Part shown: piece by piece, positions 1-9,130 of the stretch | Layout of the letters: each line of letters starts with the position of its first letter | Numbering within the stretch: position 1 is the first letter of the stretch | DNA from: an uncultured archaeon | Lineage (GTDB): Archaea; Nanobdellota; Nanobdellia; Pacearchaeales; GW2011-AR1 | NCBI GenBank assembly: GCA_902386025.1 | Contig: CABMHR010000002.1 | Span: 56,804 to 120,803, forward strand | Length of the DNA: 64,000 bases | Direction: 5' to 3' | Position numbers and translations under genes: made by a program | The notes under the pieces: model-generated | Database searches by the model: none | Told to the model about the DNA's origin: nothing | Seen by the model: only the letters and a program-made list of their open reading frames with translations

Positions 1-829
1 TCTGATTGACTAATTCAGCCATTACCCTTACAAATTCCTGAGTTCTTTCCTGCCAAGCATCTATCTCAACACCTTTCAAATCAATTATTTCTCCGTGGGT
101 TATTTTTTTGTGAAGAATAAACAAATCCTTGTACCAAACAGCATATTTCATTTTTAATTTTCCTGTATTAATGAAAACTTCCTTTAAATCTCCTGGGATA
201 TATTCTGGAGATGCAGGAGTTAGTCCTGCTGAAATAAGAGCAGCGTGGCTTGAATCAACCATTGCCCAGTATAATCCTTCAATTGAATTTAATTCTGCAG
301 CCTTGCTTCTAAGCATATGCTGGGGAGCTCTTTGAAGGCAGTTGTAAACTGCCTCAGGAGTTGATTTTATTTTTCCATTTAGCAGTAAAAATTTAAGAGG
401 TTCAAAAAATCCCCCGAAATCAATCATAGCTTCTCCGTATCTTAAAACATTAAGAACAACAGGGTCTCCTCTCATTAAGTCCTCCCACCAAGTGCTTAAT
501 TTTATTGTATTAATATGCAGGCTTTTTTCATATGGGTTCTTTACTAAAATTTTATCAAGCTCTTCCCTATACCACGCAATTAATTCCTGATCCCATTTTA
601 TTGAAGCATCATCAATTATCATAATAATGTCAATATCTGAACCTGCAGTAGTGCTCTGCTTCACAGAACTTCCGAAAAGAACAATTGATTTAACCAATTT
701 GTTAAATGTTTCATAAGCTTTCACAGCAAAATCCATTGCAATTTCTGATTCTAGCTTCAGCTGAAGAGTAGGATAATTCTTTTTTGAACTTTTAGAAACT
801 TTTTTCTTCACACTCTTTTTTTTCTTCAT
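1..829 (-). CDS. Pol-beta-type nucleotidyltransferase domain protein with C-terminal helical (HEPN-like) region; partial, runs off the window edge
   Basis: Own minus-strand translation from ATG at 827-829: MKKKKSVKKK...KSIVLFGSSVKQSTTAGSDIDIIMIIDD (G-S...D-x-D NTase motif), then a helical region. No stop before position 1. Confidence 0.6.
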   Translation of the reverse strand, partial: MKKKKSVKKKVSKSSKKNYPTLQLKLESEIAMDFAVKAYETFNKLVKSIVLFGSSVKQSTTAGSDIDIIMIIDDASIKWDQELIAWYREELDKILVKNPYEKSLHINTIKLSTWWEDLMRGDPVVLNVLRYGEAMIDFGGFFEPLKFLLLNGKIKSTPEAVYNCLQRAPQHMLRSKAAELNSIEGLYWAMVDSSHAALISAGLTPASPEYIPGDLKEVFINTGKLKMKYAVWYKDLFILHKKITHGEIIDLKGVEIDAWQERTQEFVRVMAELVNQ

Positions 830-872
830 CTTTTATTTAATAAAATAGTCAGTTTATTTTTTAAACCTTTTC

Positions 873-1088
873 TTAATTAATCTCTTTTGCTGATTTTATT
901 GTGTTTAACGGAAGATTTTTGCTTGCATTCAGTATTTCTATACCCAAAACTTTTCTTTCTGAACTTAAGTCAATATTTATTGATTCATTAAGGGAAATTG
1001 TCTGACTAACTTCTCCCTCTGAAATTTCTTTTAAATAAATATATACTGCATCGGCTTCTTTGTCATAAGTTAATTTCATCATTTCCAT
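873..1088 (-). CDS. DUF2283-family small protein (antitoxin-like)
   Basis: MKLTYDKEADAVYIYL...RKVLGIEILNASKNL matches the characteristic DUF2283 pattern (YDxEADALYI...GIEILxAS). Confidence 0.8.
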   Translation of the reverse strand: MEMMKLTYDKEADAVYIYLKEISEGEVSQTISLNESINIDLSSERKVLGIEILNASKNLPLNTIKSAKEIN

Positions 1089-1183
1089 ATAACAGTTACA
1101 ATCTTTATAAATTTACCCTCATAAATACAGATAACATTTAACGATTTATCACCAATTGCGTGTTCTGTCAGAATAAATTCCAT
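1079..1183 (-). CDS. 34-codon ORF, possible truncated DUF4258-like toxin remnant
   Basis: Not in the ORF track (<60 aa). Own translation: MEFILTEHAIGDKSLNVICIYEGKFIKIVTVIWK. Its stop overlaps the start region of the DUF2283 gene. N-terminus and C-terminal beta-strand-like end resemble DUF4258, but the middle is missing. Confidence 0.3.
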   Translation of the reverse strand: MEFILTEHAIGDKSLNVICIYEGKFIKIVTVIWK

Positions 1184-1192
1184 CTTATCATT

Positions 1193-2935
1193 TTATTCCA
1201 TTCCTCTTCCAGACATCCTGCTTCCCTCTGCCCCTGCCCTCTGCCCGCCGAGTTCAGAAGGCAGTCTTGAAAATCCTGCCCCGAATGTTTCATAATTTGT
1301 CTGCGGCAGCATCTGTCCATATCCTCCATAATAATCCTGCTGTCCTCCAAGAGTCTGGTTCCAATACGGAGTCATTTCCATTCCATAAATTGGGGAGCCA
1401 AATGCTTCAAGTGTTTCCCTGAATGGCGGAGTTTTGAAATGCTGCCACCAGTTTCCAGCTTCAATAATTTTTTTTGCATCAAATCCTTCTTTGCCGAGAT
1501 TTTTTAAAATTTCTCCAATTGGAACATTTCCCATTCCCATTGGAAGTTCTGTGTGTTCAAGTCCAAAATTATCAGATAGATGAATATGCTTCACAAAAGG
1601 TGCAACTTTTTTTGTTTCTTCAATAATATCCTTGTTTTCATATCCATATTTTTTCAGCATATTTATATGCCCGACATCCCAGGTTACTCCAATTAATTTG
1701 TCAGCCGCTTTTCTTGCTTCTTTTTCATTTACCCCTTCTTTAACTGCCTTCTCAACAAACTGCTGTCTTGATTTTTCAACAATATCCTTTAAATCTCCTC
1801 CTCTCCCAAATGCTCCTCCGACAGGAGGATTTTCAATGCTTAATATTGGAGATGTATCTCCAAATTTTTTGAAAGAAGACAGGGCAACATTTGAAATTGT
1901 TTCAACTGTTTTTTCTTTTGAAAAATCATTCAGATTCTCAAACACTCTCGGCTGAACTTCTTTCAGAGTTTCAAGTCCATCCTGAACAATTTCTTTCATA
2001 AGAATTGCATTGTTTATGTCATTTGGATTTTTCTTTATCTTCTCTGCTTTTTCTTTTATGTCATTGTAAAAATTTTTTATTTTGTTTTTTTCTTCTTCTG
2101 AAGAATTTGTGTAAGCCATTTCATAAAGCTGCTTCAGGCTGTTGTAAGAATTATTTAGATAATTTACTCCGCGATTAAATTCAAACTGCATTGCTTTTTC
2201 TTCATTTGTCAAATGTTTTCCAGCTTTTTTTTCTGCTTCTGCCAGCAGATTTGTAGCCATTGAATGTTCTATTGCTTCTCTTCCAAAACCAGCGTGAGAT
2301 TCAACCTGCACTAAATTTCTAATCCATTGTTCTTTGTTTAAAGCATCTATCTCTTTTTTAATATCCCTCTTGCCTTCTTCTCCAGGGAAATGCCTTTCTA
2401 TCAACGGAAGACGATGTATGCTTCCTGTTTCTTTGTTTATTATTATTGTTTCTTCTGGTTCTTTGTCTTTTATTGGAATTTGTTCAGCAAGAGAAGCAGA
2501 TGAATGAAAAGTTACAGGAACATTTCCTTCGGGATTAACGAGATGCGCTCTTTCAACAGCAGAAAACATTTGTCTCTCTGCTGCAATTCTATTTGTATCT
2601 GAAAAACTTTCTTTGCCCATTCCAGATGGCTCTACTATTGGGCCGTGAAGAGAAACGCTGACTCCTGTCAACTTGCTTAATCTGTTCATTTCTTTTAATT
2701 GTTCGTTGGGAATTGATTCAAAAACTTCAGGAGTAACTGCAGAAATTTCTATATGCCTTGCTCCTGTATTGAGTTTTGTTGATGCATCTTTGACAATTTC
2801 TGCTGTCCTTGGGTCTGTTGTCATTCCCAATGTTCGCGGATTAATCCTGTATCCTGTAAAAATATCCCCATATTGCGGCTTGAAAGAAGAATACCCCCCC
2901 TGATAAATATTATTAATGCTGTAATCACCTGCCAT
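1193..2935 (-). CDS. Xylose isomerase-like TIM-barrel (AP_endonuc_2 fold) protein with large helical insertion and G/Q/Y-rich C-terminal tail
   Basis: ARHIEISAV, VSLHGP, then after ~190 aa of helical sequence VTWDVGHINM...KHIHLSDNFGLEHTELPMGMGNVP (metal-binding pattern of sugar-phosphate isomerase/epimerase TIM barrels). Tail: GGQQDYYGGYGQMLPQ...GGQRAGAEGSRMSGRG. Confidence 0.6.
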   Translation of the reverse strand: MAGDYSINNIYQGGYSSFKPQYGDIFTGYRINPRTLGMTTDPRTAEIVKDASTKLNTGARHIEISAVTPEVFESIPNEQLKEMNRLSKLTGVSVSLHGPIVEPSGMGKESFSDTNRIAAERQMFSAVERAHLVNPEGNVPVTFHSSASLAEQIPIKDKEPEETIIINKETGSIHRLPLIERHFPGEEGKRDIKKEIDALNKEQWIRNLVQVESHAGFGREAIEHSMATNLLAEAEKKAGKHLTNEEKAMQFEFNRGVNYLNNSYNSLKQLYEMAYTNSSEEEKNKIKNFYNDIKEKAEKIKKNPNDINNAILMKEIVQDGLETLKEVQPRVFENLNDFSKEKTVETISNVALSSFKKFGDTSPILSIENPPVGGAFGRGGDLKDIVEKSRQQFVEKAVKEGVNEKEARKAADKLIGVTWDVGHINMLKKYGYENKDIIEETKKVAPFVKHIHLSDNFGLEHTELPMGMGNVPIGEILKNLGKEGFDAKKIIEAGNWWQHFKTPPFRETLEAFGSPIYGMEMTPYWNQTLGGQQDYYGGYGQMLPQTNYETFGAGFSRLPSELGGQRAGAEGSRMSGRGME

Positions 2936-3004
2936 AAATTATATTGGGGAAATTTATTTATTAATTTATCTAAAAATGTTTCTAAAACTTCCAGTCAAGT
3001 TACA

Positions 3005-4168
3005 CTATGTATAACTCGCCATGCCGTGAGCTTTTTTATAAATGTCAAAAATATCAAAAACTTTTTCCACTGCATTTTTTGCTGCTAATTTTCTAAAATG
3101 ATTTTCTTCAATCCAGCTGTCTGGCTTTACTATTTCTATTTTTGGTTTCTCCCCCTTTGGCTTTTCTGCAGGCTTTTCATATTTTCCAAATAATGCAAGA
3201 AAGGGATTTGAATTATCTTTTTCTTTTTTCACTTCTGCCGGCTTCTCTTCAAGAAATTCATTTATGTCTCCTTGAAGTTGCCCCAAGCTTTCTGTTGTTG
3301 TTCCTTCAATCAGAGCCAGAACATCATTGACTTCTGACTTGCTGAATTCTTCTTCAAATTTTGCCAATTCGTCGTCGTTGAGAACATAAGCCTTGAATGT
3401 TATTTCAGCTTTTCCCCCAAAAGCATAATGCGCCTGCTGTCCAACTCTTTGAGGAATTCCTCTGAAAACAAAATCAACAAGAATGCAGACATAATAATTT
3501 CTCTTGACAGTTTTCATAAATTTTGGCTTTGAGAAATCTTTCGGCAGATTTCCTTTTGCTGCTTCATCAGCAATATCAAATTTATTTTTTCCCAAGATAG
3601 TCAGTTCAAGAATTATTGTGTTAAATGTTTTAACTAATGACGGCTCTCTGCCGAGTTCTTTTGATTCCAAATCACCCGCTGCTTTCAAATAAGGGCGCGC
3701 CCATCTTGAATAAAGCTTCAGGCTGTTTACCTGGCTTTTAAGATAAGTCTTTTCAAGTTCATATCTTTTTCTTAACTCTTTTTCAGATTCTTTCAGCCAA
3801 ATATTAAATTCTATTATTCTTGATTTTACAATCCTTTTTACCCTGTCATTTAAATCCATTTCTTTTTCGTCCAATCCTTTCAGCTTTTCATCTTTTGCAA
3901 TCAGAAAAGCATCAATAAGAGTTTGATAACCTGCCTGTCCGAGAGCCATTGCTTTAATGCTTGAATTTCCTTTTGCCATATCAACCTTATCCATCCAGAT
4001 TTGCTTTAATGCGAGAACAGAAGCTTCTTGCTCTTCCTTTTTCGGAGATTTCAGCCCGTCATAAGACTGCAGTCTCATCTTGAATTCTTTCAAATCGTAG
4101 ACAATATTAAGGACGCTTCTAAGAACAGTATTTGCATCTCCGAGAATTTTTCCTGCCTGCTGCTGCAT
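3005..4168 (-). CDS. Hypothetical protein with coiled-coil middle region; downstream part of a reading frame interrupted by an in-frame TAA
   Basis: 387-aa ORF. It is in the same frame as ORF 4190..4414, separated only by TAA plus 7 sense codons. No family recognised. Confidence 0.6.
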   Translation of the reverse strand: MQQQAGKILGDANTVLRSVLNIVYDLKEFKMRLQSYDGLKSPKKEEQEASVLALKQIWMDKVDMAKGNSSIKAMALGQAGYQTLIDAFLIAKDEKLKGLDEKEMDLNDRVKRIVKSRIIEFNIWLKESEKELRKRYELEKTYLKSQVNSLKLYSRWARPYLKAAGDLESKELGREPSLVKTFNTIILELTILGKNKFDIADEAAKGNLPKDFSKPKFMKTVKRNYYVCILVDFVFRGIPQRVGQQAHYAFGGKAEITFKAYVLNDDELAKFEEEFSKSEVNDVLALIEGTTTESLGQLQGDINEFLEEKPAEVKKEKDNSNPFLALFGKYEKPAEKPKGEKPKIEIVKPDSWIEENHFRKLAAKNAVEKVFDIFDIYKKAHGMASYT

Positions 4169-4189
4169 TATTGTTGCTCTATGCCCGAG

Positions 4190-4414
4190 TTATGCAAAAT
4201 GCCCGCTTCCTGGAGTAGAGCTGAAATTATCAACTAATTTCTGCGGAGCCATTCCCATATCCTTGAGCAAATCTATAATAAAAAAATAAATCGGCTCAAG
4301 TGTTTCTGATGAAGAATCATAAACAATAGTATGAGATGCTTCTGGAGCTTTTTTCTTCTGATAATACGGACTCACCCCTTCTATTATTTGTGAAATGCTT
4401 TTCACATCTGCCAT
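4190..4414 (-). CDS. Hypothetical 74-aa protein; upstream part of the interrupted frame (or an independent small gene)
   Basis: The ORF ends in TAA at 4190-4192 and the frame continues LGHRATI-M into ORF 3005..4168. Confidence 0.45.
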   Translation of the reverse strand: MADVKSISQIIEGVSPYYQKKKAPEASHTIVYDSSSETLEPIYFFIIDLLKDMGMAPQKLVDNFSSTPGSGHFA

Positions 4415-4501
4415 ATATTAGATAAACACAACTTGTTTAAAAAATGTTTCTAATTCATTCTTATTCGCTAAATTTAAAAACGAGTTTGTTCTCTTTACTC
4501 T

Positions 4502-4852
4502 ATGGGGTTGTTTGGAAAGAGGAGAGAAAAAGTAATTGATTTAAGAGAGAGGTATAGCTCGCCTTCTCCAAGAAGAGAAGCCAAAACATCTTCAAGCCAA
4601 GAGGATAATTCTTCGCTTGGGTTTCTTGGAAATCTTGCAGATTCAGGCAATTCATCATCTTCTGATGTTTCTTGGGACAATGATGCCCCGCAGCAGAATG
4701 ATTACAAAAGCGATTATCCTGAAAAAAAGCAGAAACTTGCACGAAGGCTTTTGGATATGACAAATAAGATTGAAGATTTGTCAAATCAAATCTATCATTT
4801 GAAGCAAAGAATTGAACTGCTTGAAAAGAAGCTTAAAGTGAATTTTGAATAG
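4502..4852 (+). CDS. Hypothetical protein, disordered S/D-rich N-terminus and C-terminal coiled coil
   Basis: 116-aa ORF with C-terminal heptad-like LARRLLDMTNKIEDLSNQIYHLKQRIELLEKKL. Divergent from the 4414 gene. Confidence 0.5.
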   Translation: MGLFGKRREKVIDLRERYSSPSPRREAKTSSSQEDNSSLGFLGNLADSGNSSSSDVSWDNDAPQQNDYKSDYPEKKQKLARRLLDMTNKIEDLSNQIYHLKQRIELLEKKLKVNFE

Positions 4853-4899
4853 AAATCCATTTCCGCAAGATTTATAACCTGTTATTTTATGTTTTTTGA

Positions 4900-5625
4900 A
4901 TGATACTTGAAGCTGAAGTAGGATATGATGAAAGAATTGATATTTATATAGATAAAATCCGCGGGGGATATAAATCGGAAGAAATTTCAAAAAACGAAAT
5001 AGCCAAGAAAAAAATAAGGGAGGGAAAAGTATTTGCAAATGCAGATTGGATAGATTTACACAGCGAATTTAGGGCTATTAAAAAACAGGATAAATCAGCT
5101 GAAGAACACAATAAAACAATTGATTCTTATATAGAAAAAATTCACGAAAGCGATTTGAATAAAATCTTATTCCCCTACGAAATGAAGGAGATTTCTGCAG
5201 AAGATTTGAATGTTATGGCTAATTATTACGGCAGACGGCGCAGGGAAAACCGGATTCCTTCTTGGGATTCAGAAGCATTCAAGAATCATTTTATTGAAAG
5301 AATAAAAACTGAATCTGCTTCTAAAAAATTAAAGAATGAAGCAGAATACTTTAATTCTGTCCTTAGCAGAGAGACTATTTCTGCAATAAAGAGAGGATAT
5401 TACACAAATGAAGAAGGAAAGAAAAAGAAAATTAATTCAAATTTTTTGTCAATTCCTAACAGAGAAGAATATTATTCTAAAAAAAGAAAAAATGTTCTCA
5501 AGGCAATGGTTAGAAAAAACTGCGATATTGTCAAATATATGACTGGTACTCAAAATTATGCCTGCGGTTTGGAAAATGAACCCGCTTCAATGAAATTGGA
5601 TTATTCTCTTAAAGTTTATCTTTAA
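4900..5625 (+). CDS. Hypothetical protein
   Basis: 241-aa ORF with ATG start and lysine-rich composition typical of this genome. No family recognised. Confidence 0.5.
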   Translation: MILEAEVGYDERIDIYIDKIRGGYKSEEISKNEIAKKKIREGKVFANADWIDLHSEFRAIKKQDKSAEEHNKTIDSYIEKIHESDLNKILFPYEMKEISAEDLNVMANYYGRRRRENRIPSWDSEAFKNHFIERIKTESASKKLKNEAEYFNSVLSRETISAIKRGYYTNEEGKKKKINSNFLSIPNREEYYSKKRKNVLKAMVRKNCDIVKYMTGTQNYACGLENEPASMKLDYSLKVYL

Positions 5626-5665
5626 TTTTAAATAAATTTATTAATCTGTTTTCTTTGCCTTAATT

Positions 5666-6871
5666 ATGATTAAGGACTTTGAAAAAAAGACAAGAGCATA
5701 TGCTTTAAAGAATGCTTTAGCTCATGAAGGGACTGCAATGCAAAGTCCTGTCATATCTTCTTTGTTTAATGAAGGATTGGAAAGAAAAGATGTAGGAAAA
5801 TATGCAAAACAGATTTCTGAAATAATTTTGCAAGTTAATTCTCTTTCTCCCGAAGAGCAGGAAAAAGAATTCAAGAAACTTGAAAATGAAGTAAGCGAGA
5901 GAGAAACAAGAGAAGGGCTTGAGGAGCTTCCTGGTGTTAACAAGAAAAAAGGCGTTGTGATGAGATTTGAACCATCGCCTTCAGGGCCTTTTCATATCGG
6001 ACATGCTTTGGTTTTTTCGCTGAATTATCTGTATGTAAAAAAATACGGGGGGAAACTTTATCTTAGAATAGAAGATACAAATCCTGAAAACATTTACCCC
6101 AAGGCATACAAGATGCTTGAAGAAGAAAGCAAATGGCTGTCTGAAAACAAAGCTAAATCTATTGTGCAGTCAGACAGAATGAAAATCTATTACAAATATG
6201 CTGAAGATTTAATCAAGAAAAAAGCAGTTTATGTCTGCACTTGTCCTGCAGAGAAATTCAAAAAGTTTGCAGACAATCAAAAAGATTGTCCTTGCAGAAA
6301 ATTAGACGCGAAAGAAAATCTTGAAAGATGGAAAAAAATGCTTGACAGGAAAGGGTATCATGAAGGAGAAGCTGTTTTAAGATTCAAATCTGATATGAAG
6401 CACAAAAATCCGGCTATGAGAGATTTTCCTCTTGCAAGAATTAATGAAACGAAACATCCGAGGCAGGGAAATAAATACCGCGTCTGGCCCCTTATGAATC
6501 TTGCAGTTGCTGTTGACGACATTGAAATGGAAATGACTCACATAATCCGCGGGAAAGACCACCGGGACAATGCAGAGAGGCAGAAAATGATTTATAATGT
6601 TCTTGGGAAAAAATTTCCTTGGACTGCTTTTCTTGGAAGAATTAATTTCAAAAATATGGAATTATCTTCAACACAGATGAGAAAAGACATTGAAGCAAAA
6701 AAATATTCAGGATGGGGTGACAAGAGGCTTCCTACTATTGCATCATTGAGAAAGCAGGGATACAAGCCAGAAGCATTCTGGAAGCTTGCAGAGCAAATTG
6801 GGCTTTCTGAATCAGACAAGGTTCTTGAGAGAGAGGAATATTTTAGGCTGCTTGATAATTTTAATAAATGA
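5666..6871 (+). CDS. gltX: Glutamyl-tRNA synthetase, archaeal type, lacking the C-terminal anticodon-binding region
   Basis: Class I HIGH motif (PSPSGPFHIGHA), LRIEDTNPE, WPLMNLAVAVDD, GKDH, KMSKS-like MELSSTQ. Archaeal-type N-terminal helical domain (YALKNALAHEG...VNSLSPEEQ). The ORF stops shortly after the catalytic core (401 aa). Confidence 0.8.
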   Translation: MIKDFEKKTRAYALKNALAHEGTAMQSPVISSLFNEGLERKDVGKYAKQISEIILQVNSLSPEEQEKEFKKLENEVSERETREGLEELPGVNKKKGVVMRFEPSPSGPFHIGHALVFSLNYLYVKKYGGKLYLRIEDTNPENIYPKAYKMLEEESKWLSENKAKSIVQSDRMKIYYKYAEDLIKKKAVYVCTCPAEKFKKFADNQKDCPCRKLDAKENLERWKKMLDRKGYHEGEAVLRFKSDMKHKNPAMRDFPLARINETKHPRQGNKYRVWPLMNLAVAVDDIEMEMTHIIRGKDHRDNAERQKMIYNVLGKKFPWTAFLGRINFKNMELSSTQMRKDIEAKKYSGWGDKRLPTIASLRKQGYKPEAFWKLAEQIGLSESDKVLEREEYFRLLDNFNK

Positions 6872-6880
6872 TAAATTAGA

Positions 6881-6896
6881 GAAATGTTTTTAAACC
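6881..6896 (+). promoter_or_regulatory. BRE/TATA-like promoter element upstream of the pilin-like gene
   Basis: gaaatgtttttaaacc lies 20-35 nt upstream of the ATG at 6916. The same AAAANNTTTTTAAAC motif recurs upstream of aEF-2, aEF-1alpha and rpoH. Confidence 0.5.
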
Positions 6897-6915
6897 TAAA
6901 AAATATAATATTAGT

Positions 6916-7371
6916 ATGAGGAATAATAAAAAGGGGCTGTCAACAATTGTTGTAACATTAATCTTAATCGTATTATCTTTAGTTGCTGTAGGAGCTGTAT
7001 GGCTTGTTGTTAGTCCTTTAATAAAAAGCGGAAGCCAGGGGGCAGATGTAAGTGTTAAATGTTTAAACACAAATATTGAAGCAACAAAAGTTGCATGCAC
7101 TGCAGGTTCTTGTGCAGTTACATTGACAAGAACAGGAACAAATACTGATGCTATCGGGGGAGTTAAATTAGTATTTAAGGATGCTACTGGAGCAAGTTCA
7201 GCAGTTCTTGATTCTGCTGGAAATATAAAAGCATTAGCAGGAAAAGTTACAAATTCTCTTGCAACAACACTTGCTACTCCTAATAAAGTAGAAATTACTC
7301 CTTACTTCAAGGATGCAGGCGGAAATGAGCAGCTTTGCACTCAAACAACTTCTTTTAGCTTTGTTGCTTAA
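6916..7371 (+). CDS. Archaeal type IV pilin-like protein (class III signal peptide)
   Basis: MRNNKKG/LSTIVVTLILIVLSLVAVGAVWLVV: short basic leader, G at -1, then a hydrophobic helix. The rest is T/A/G-rich and beta-like. Confidence 0.75.
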   Translation: MRNNKKGLSTIVVTLILIVLSLVAVGAVWLVVSPLIKSGSQGADVSVKCLNTNIEATKVACTAGSCAVTLTRTGTNTDAIGGVKLVFKDATGASSAVLDSAGNIKALAGKVTNSLATTLATPNKVEITPYFKDAGGNEQLCTQTTSFSFVA

Positions 7372-7491
7372 TTTTTAAGTTATCTAAAAATAAGAATAGT
7401 TTAATTATCTAAAAAACCAAAACGTTATTTTACACAACCAGCCAGTGAGTTAACCTTATGTTCAGTTCTTTATTATTAACAAAATCTTCCA

Positions 7492-8679
7492 TCACCTTTT
7501 AAGAATAACATAAACTTCGTCGTTCTGCCTTACTCTTTCTGGGACTTTTATTCCTATTTCATCCCCTTTTACTGCTTTCTTAACTTCTTTCTGTTTAAGA
7601 TGAATTGAATTTGCTATTGTGTTGACAATTCCTGTTGTGCTTCCTATTATTGCAATCTTGTCCCCTGCTTTCAATTCAGAAACAAGTTTTATTGATGCAA
7701 CATTCAGTTTGTCAAAATAATGATTTATCTTTCCAACAAAATGCTTTTTTTCTGCTGAAGCGTTGTTTTGTATCTTGGAGAAATCATCAGAAGTAGGAGT
7801 TTTAAGATAAAAGCCAGAAGAAAATCCTTTATTATAGATATTTTTCAATTCGTTTAATCCCTCATTTATCTCTTTGGAGGTTAATTTTTTATCAAGAGCT
7901 TTTCTGTAAATTCTTACAACTGCGTCAACATAGCGGGCGTCACGATTTCTCCCTTCTATCTTGAATGATTTTATTCCTGACTGCTTCATCTTTTCAATAA
8001 AAGGCAGTGTGCACAAATCTTTTGCAGAGAAAATCTGATTGTTTTCAATTTTCAGTTCATTTCCTTCTTCGTCTTTTACAATATAGCTTCTTCTGCATGG
8101 GTGCAGGCATTCTCCTCGGTTTGCTGATTTGCTGAACAGAAATTGACTCGTGAAGCATCTTCCTGAAACTGCAACGCACATTGCGCCGTGGCAGAAGCAC
8201 TCAATATCAATTATTTTTGAAATTTCTTTTATCTGCTTTAAATCCAGCTCTCTTGCAAGAACAATTCTCTTTGCTCCCAGACTTTTGTAGAATTTTGCTG
8301 ACTCTGTATTTGAGACAGATGCCTGTGTTGAAATAAAAAAAGGAATTTTATATTTTCTGCATAACTGAATTACTGAAGCATCCCAGCAGATAACCGCATC
8401 AACTTTCCCTTTGATTTGCTTTATTGTTTTTTCAATCTGCTTTAATTCATCTTCATAAATTCTTGTGTTAAGAGTAAGATATTTCTTTACATTCTTTGGT
8501 TTGCAAATTTTTGCTATTTCGTCCAAATCTTCTATTGTAAAATTCTTTGCTGCTGCACGCATTGAAAATTCCTTCAATCCGAAATAGACAGCGTCTGCTC
8601 CAGCATTTACAGCAGCTGACAGCATTGAGAAATCCCCTGCAGGAGCTAATAATTCATATTTCTGTGTTGATGTTTTCAT
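7492..8679 (-). CDS. Peptidase U32 family protein
   Basis: YELLAPAGDFSMLSAAVNAGADAVYFGLKEFSMRA...; IEGRNRD; cysteine cluster CHGAMC...SGRC, typical of U32/RlhA/TrhP-like proteins. Confidence 0.8.
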   Translation of the reverse strand: MKTSTQKYELLAPAGDFSMLSAAVNAGADAVYFGLKEFSMRAAAKNFTIEDLDEIAKICKPKNVKKYLTLNTRIYEDELKQIEKTIKQIKGKVDAVICWDASVIQLCRKYKIPFFISTQASVSNTESAKFYKSLGAKRIVLARELDLKQIKEISKIIDIECFCHGAMCVAVSGRCFTSQFLFSKSANRGECLHPCRRSYIVKDEEGNELKIENNQIFSAKDLCTLPFIEKMKQSGIKSFKIEGRNRDARYVDAVVRIYRKALDKKLTSKEINEGLNELKNIYNKGFSSGFYLKTPTSDDFSKIQNNASAEKKHFVGKINHYFDKLNVASIKLVSELKAGDKIAIIGSTTGIVNTIANSIHLKQKEVKKAVKGDEIGIKVPERVRQNDEVYVILKR

Positions 8680-8703
8680 TTTTGTTAAGAATTATTACAT
8701 AAT

Positions 8704-9036
8704 TTATTTATCAGATGCATCTGCCTTATTAACAATTGCTTCCAAATCTTTCTGAGAGATGAAATTTGAGTTCATTTCTATATGAAGATATACTCTTTCT
8801 TTTGGCTTGAAAAATACTGCTCTTTTAACATATCCTATTTTTTCACCAAACCAGCATTTTCTCTTCCTGATTAGAGAATGTTCATCTATTCCTACATTAT
8901 TGGAAATATAAAGATTGGTTTTTACTTTTACAGATTCCCCCTTTTCAGAAAGAATATCCATAATTGGAAAAATATATTTTGAAAAACAGGCGGTTTTGTC
9001 TGTTTCTTTCCATATTTTTGAAGGTTCGTGTTCCAT
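8704..9036 (-). CDS. Hypothetical protein
   Basis: 110-aa ORF co-directional with the U32 gene (24-nt gap). No family recognised. Confidence 0.45.
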   Translation of the reverse strand: MEHEPSKIWKETDKTACFSKYIFPIMDILSEKGESVKVKTNLYISNNVGIDEHSLIRKRKCWFGEKIGYVKRAVFFKPKERVYLHIEMNSNFISQKDLEAIVNKADASDK

Positions 9037-9130
9037 ATTTTATCATTAATTAAGGACTATTTAAGCTTTATCAAAACCCTTTCTTAACAAGATTTTTATA
9101 CCATTTTTGGCTCAGTTTATTGGCTATAAT

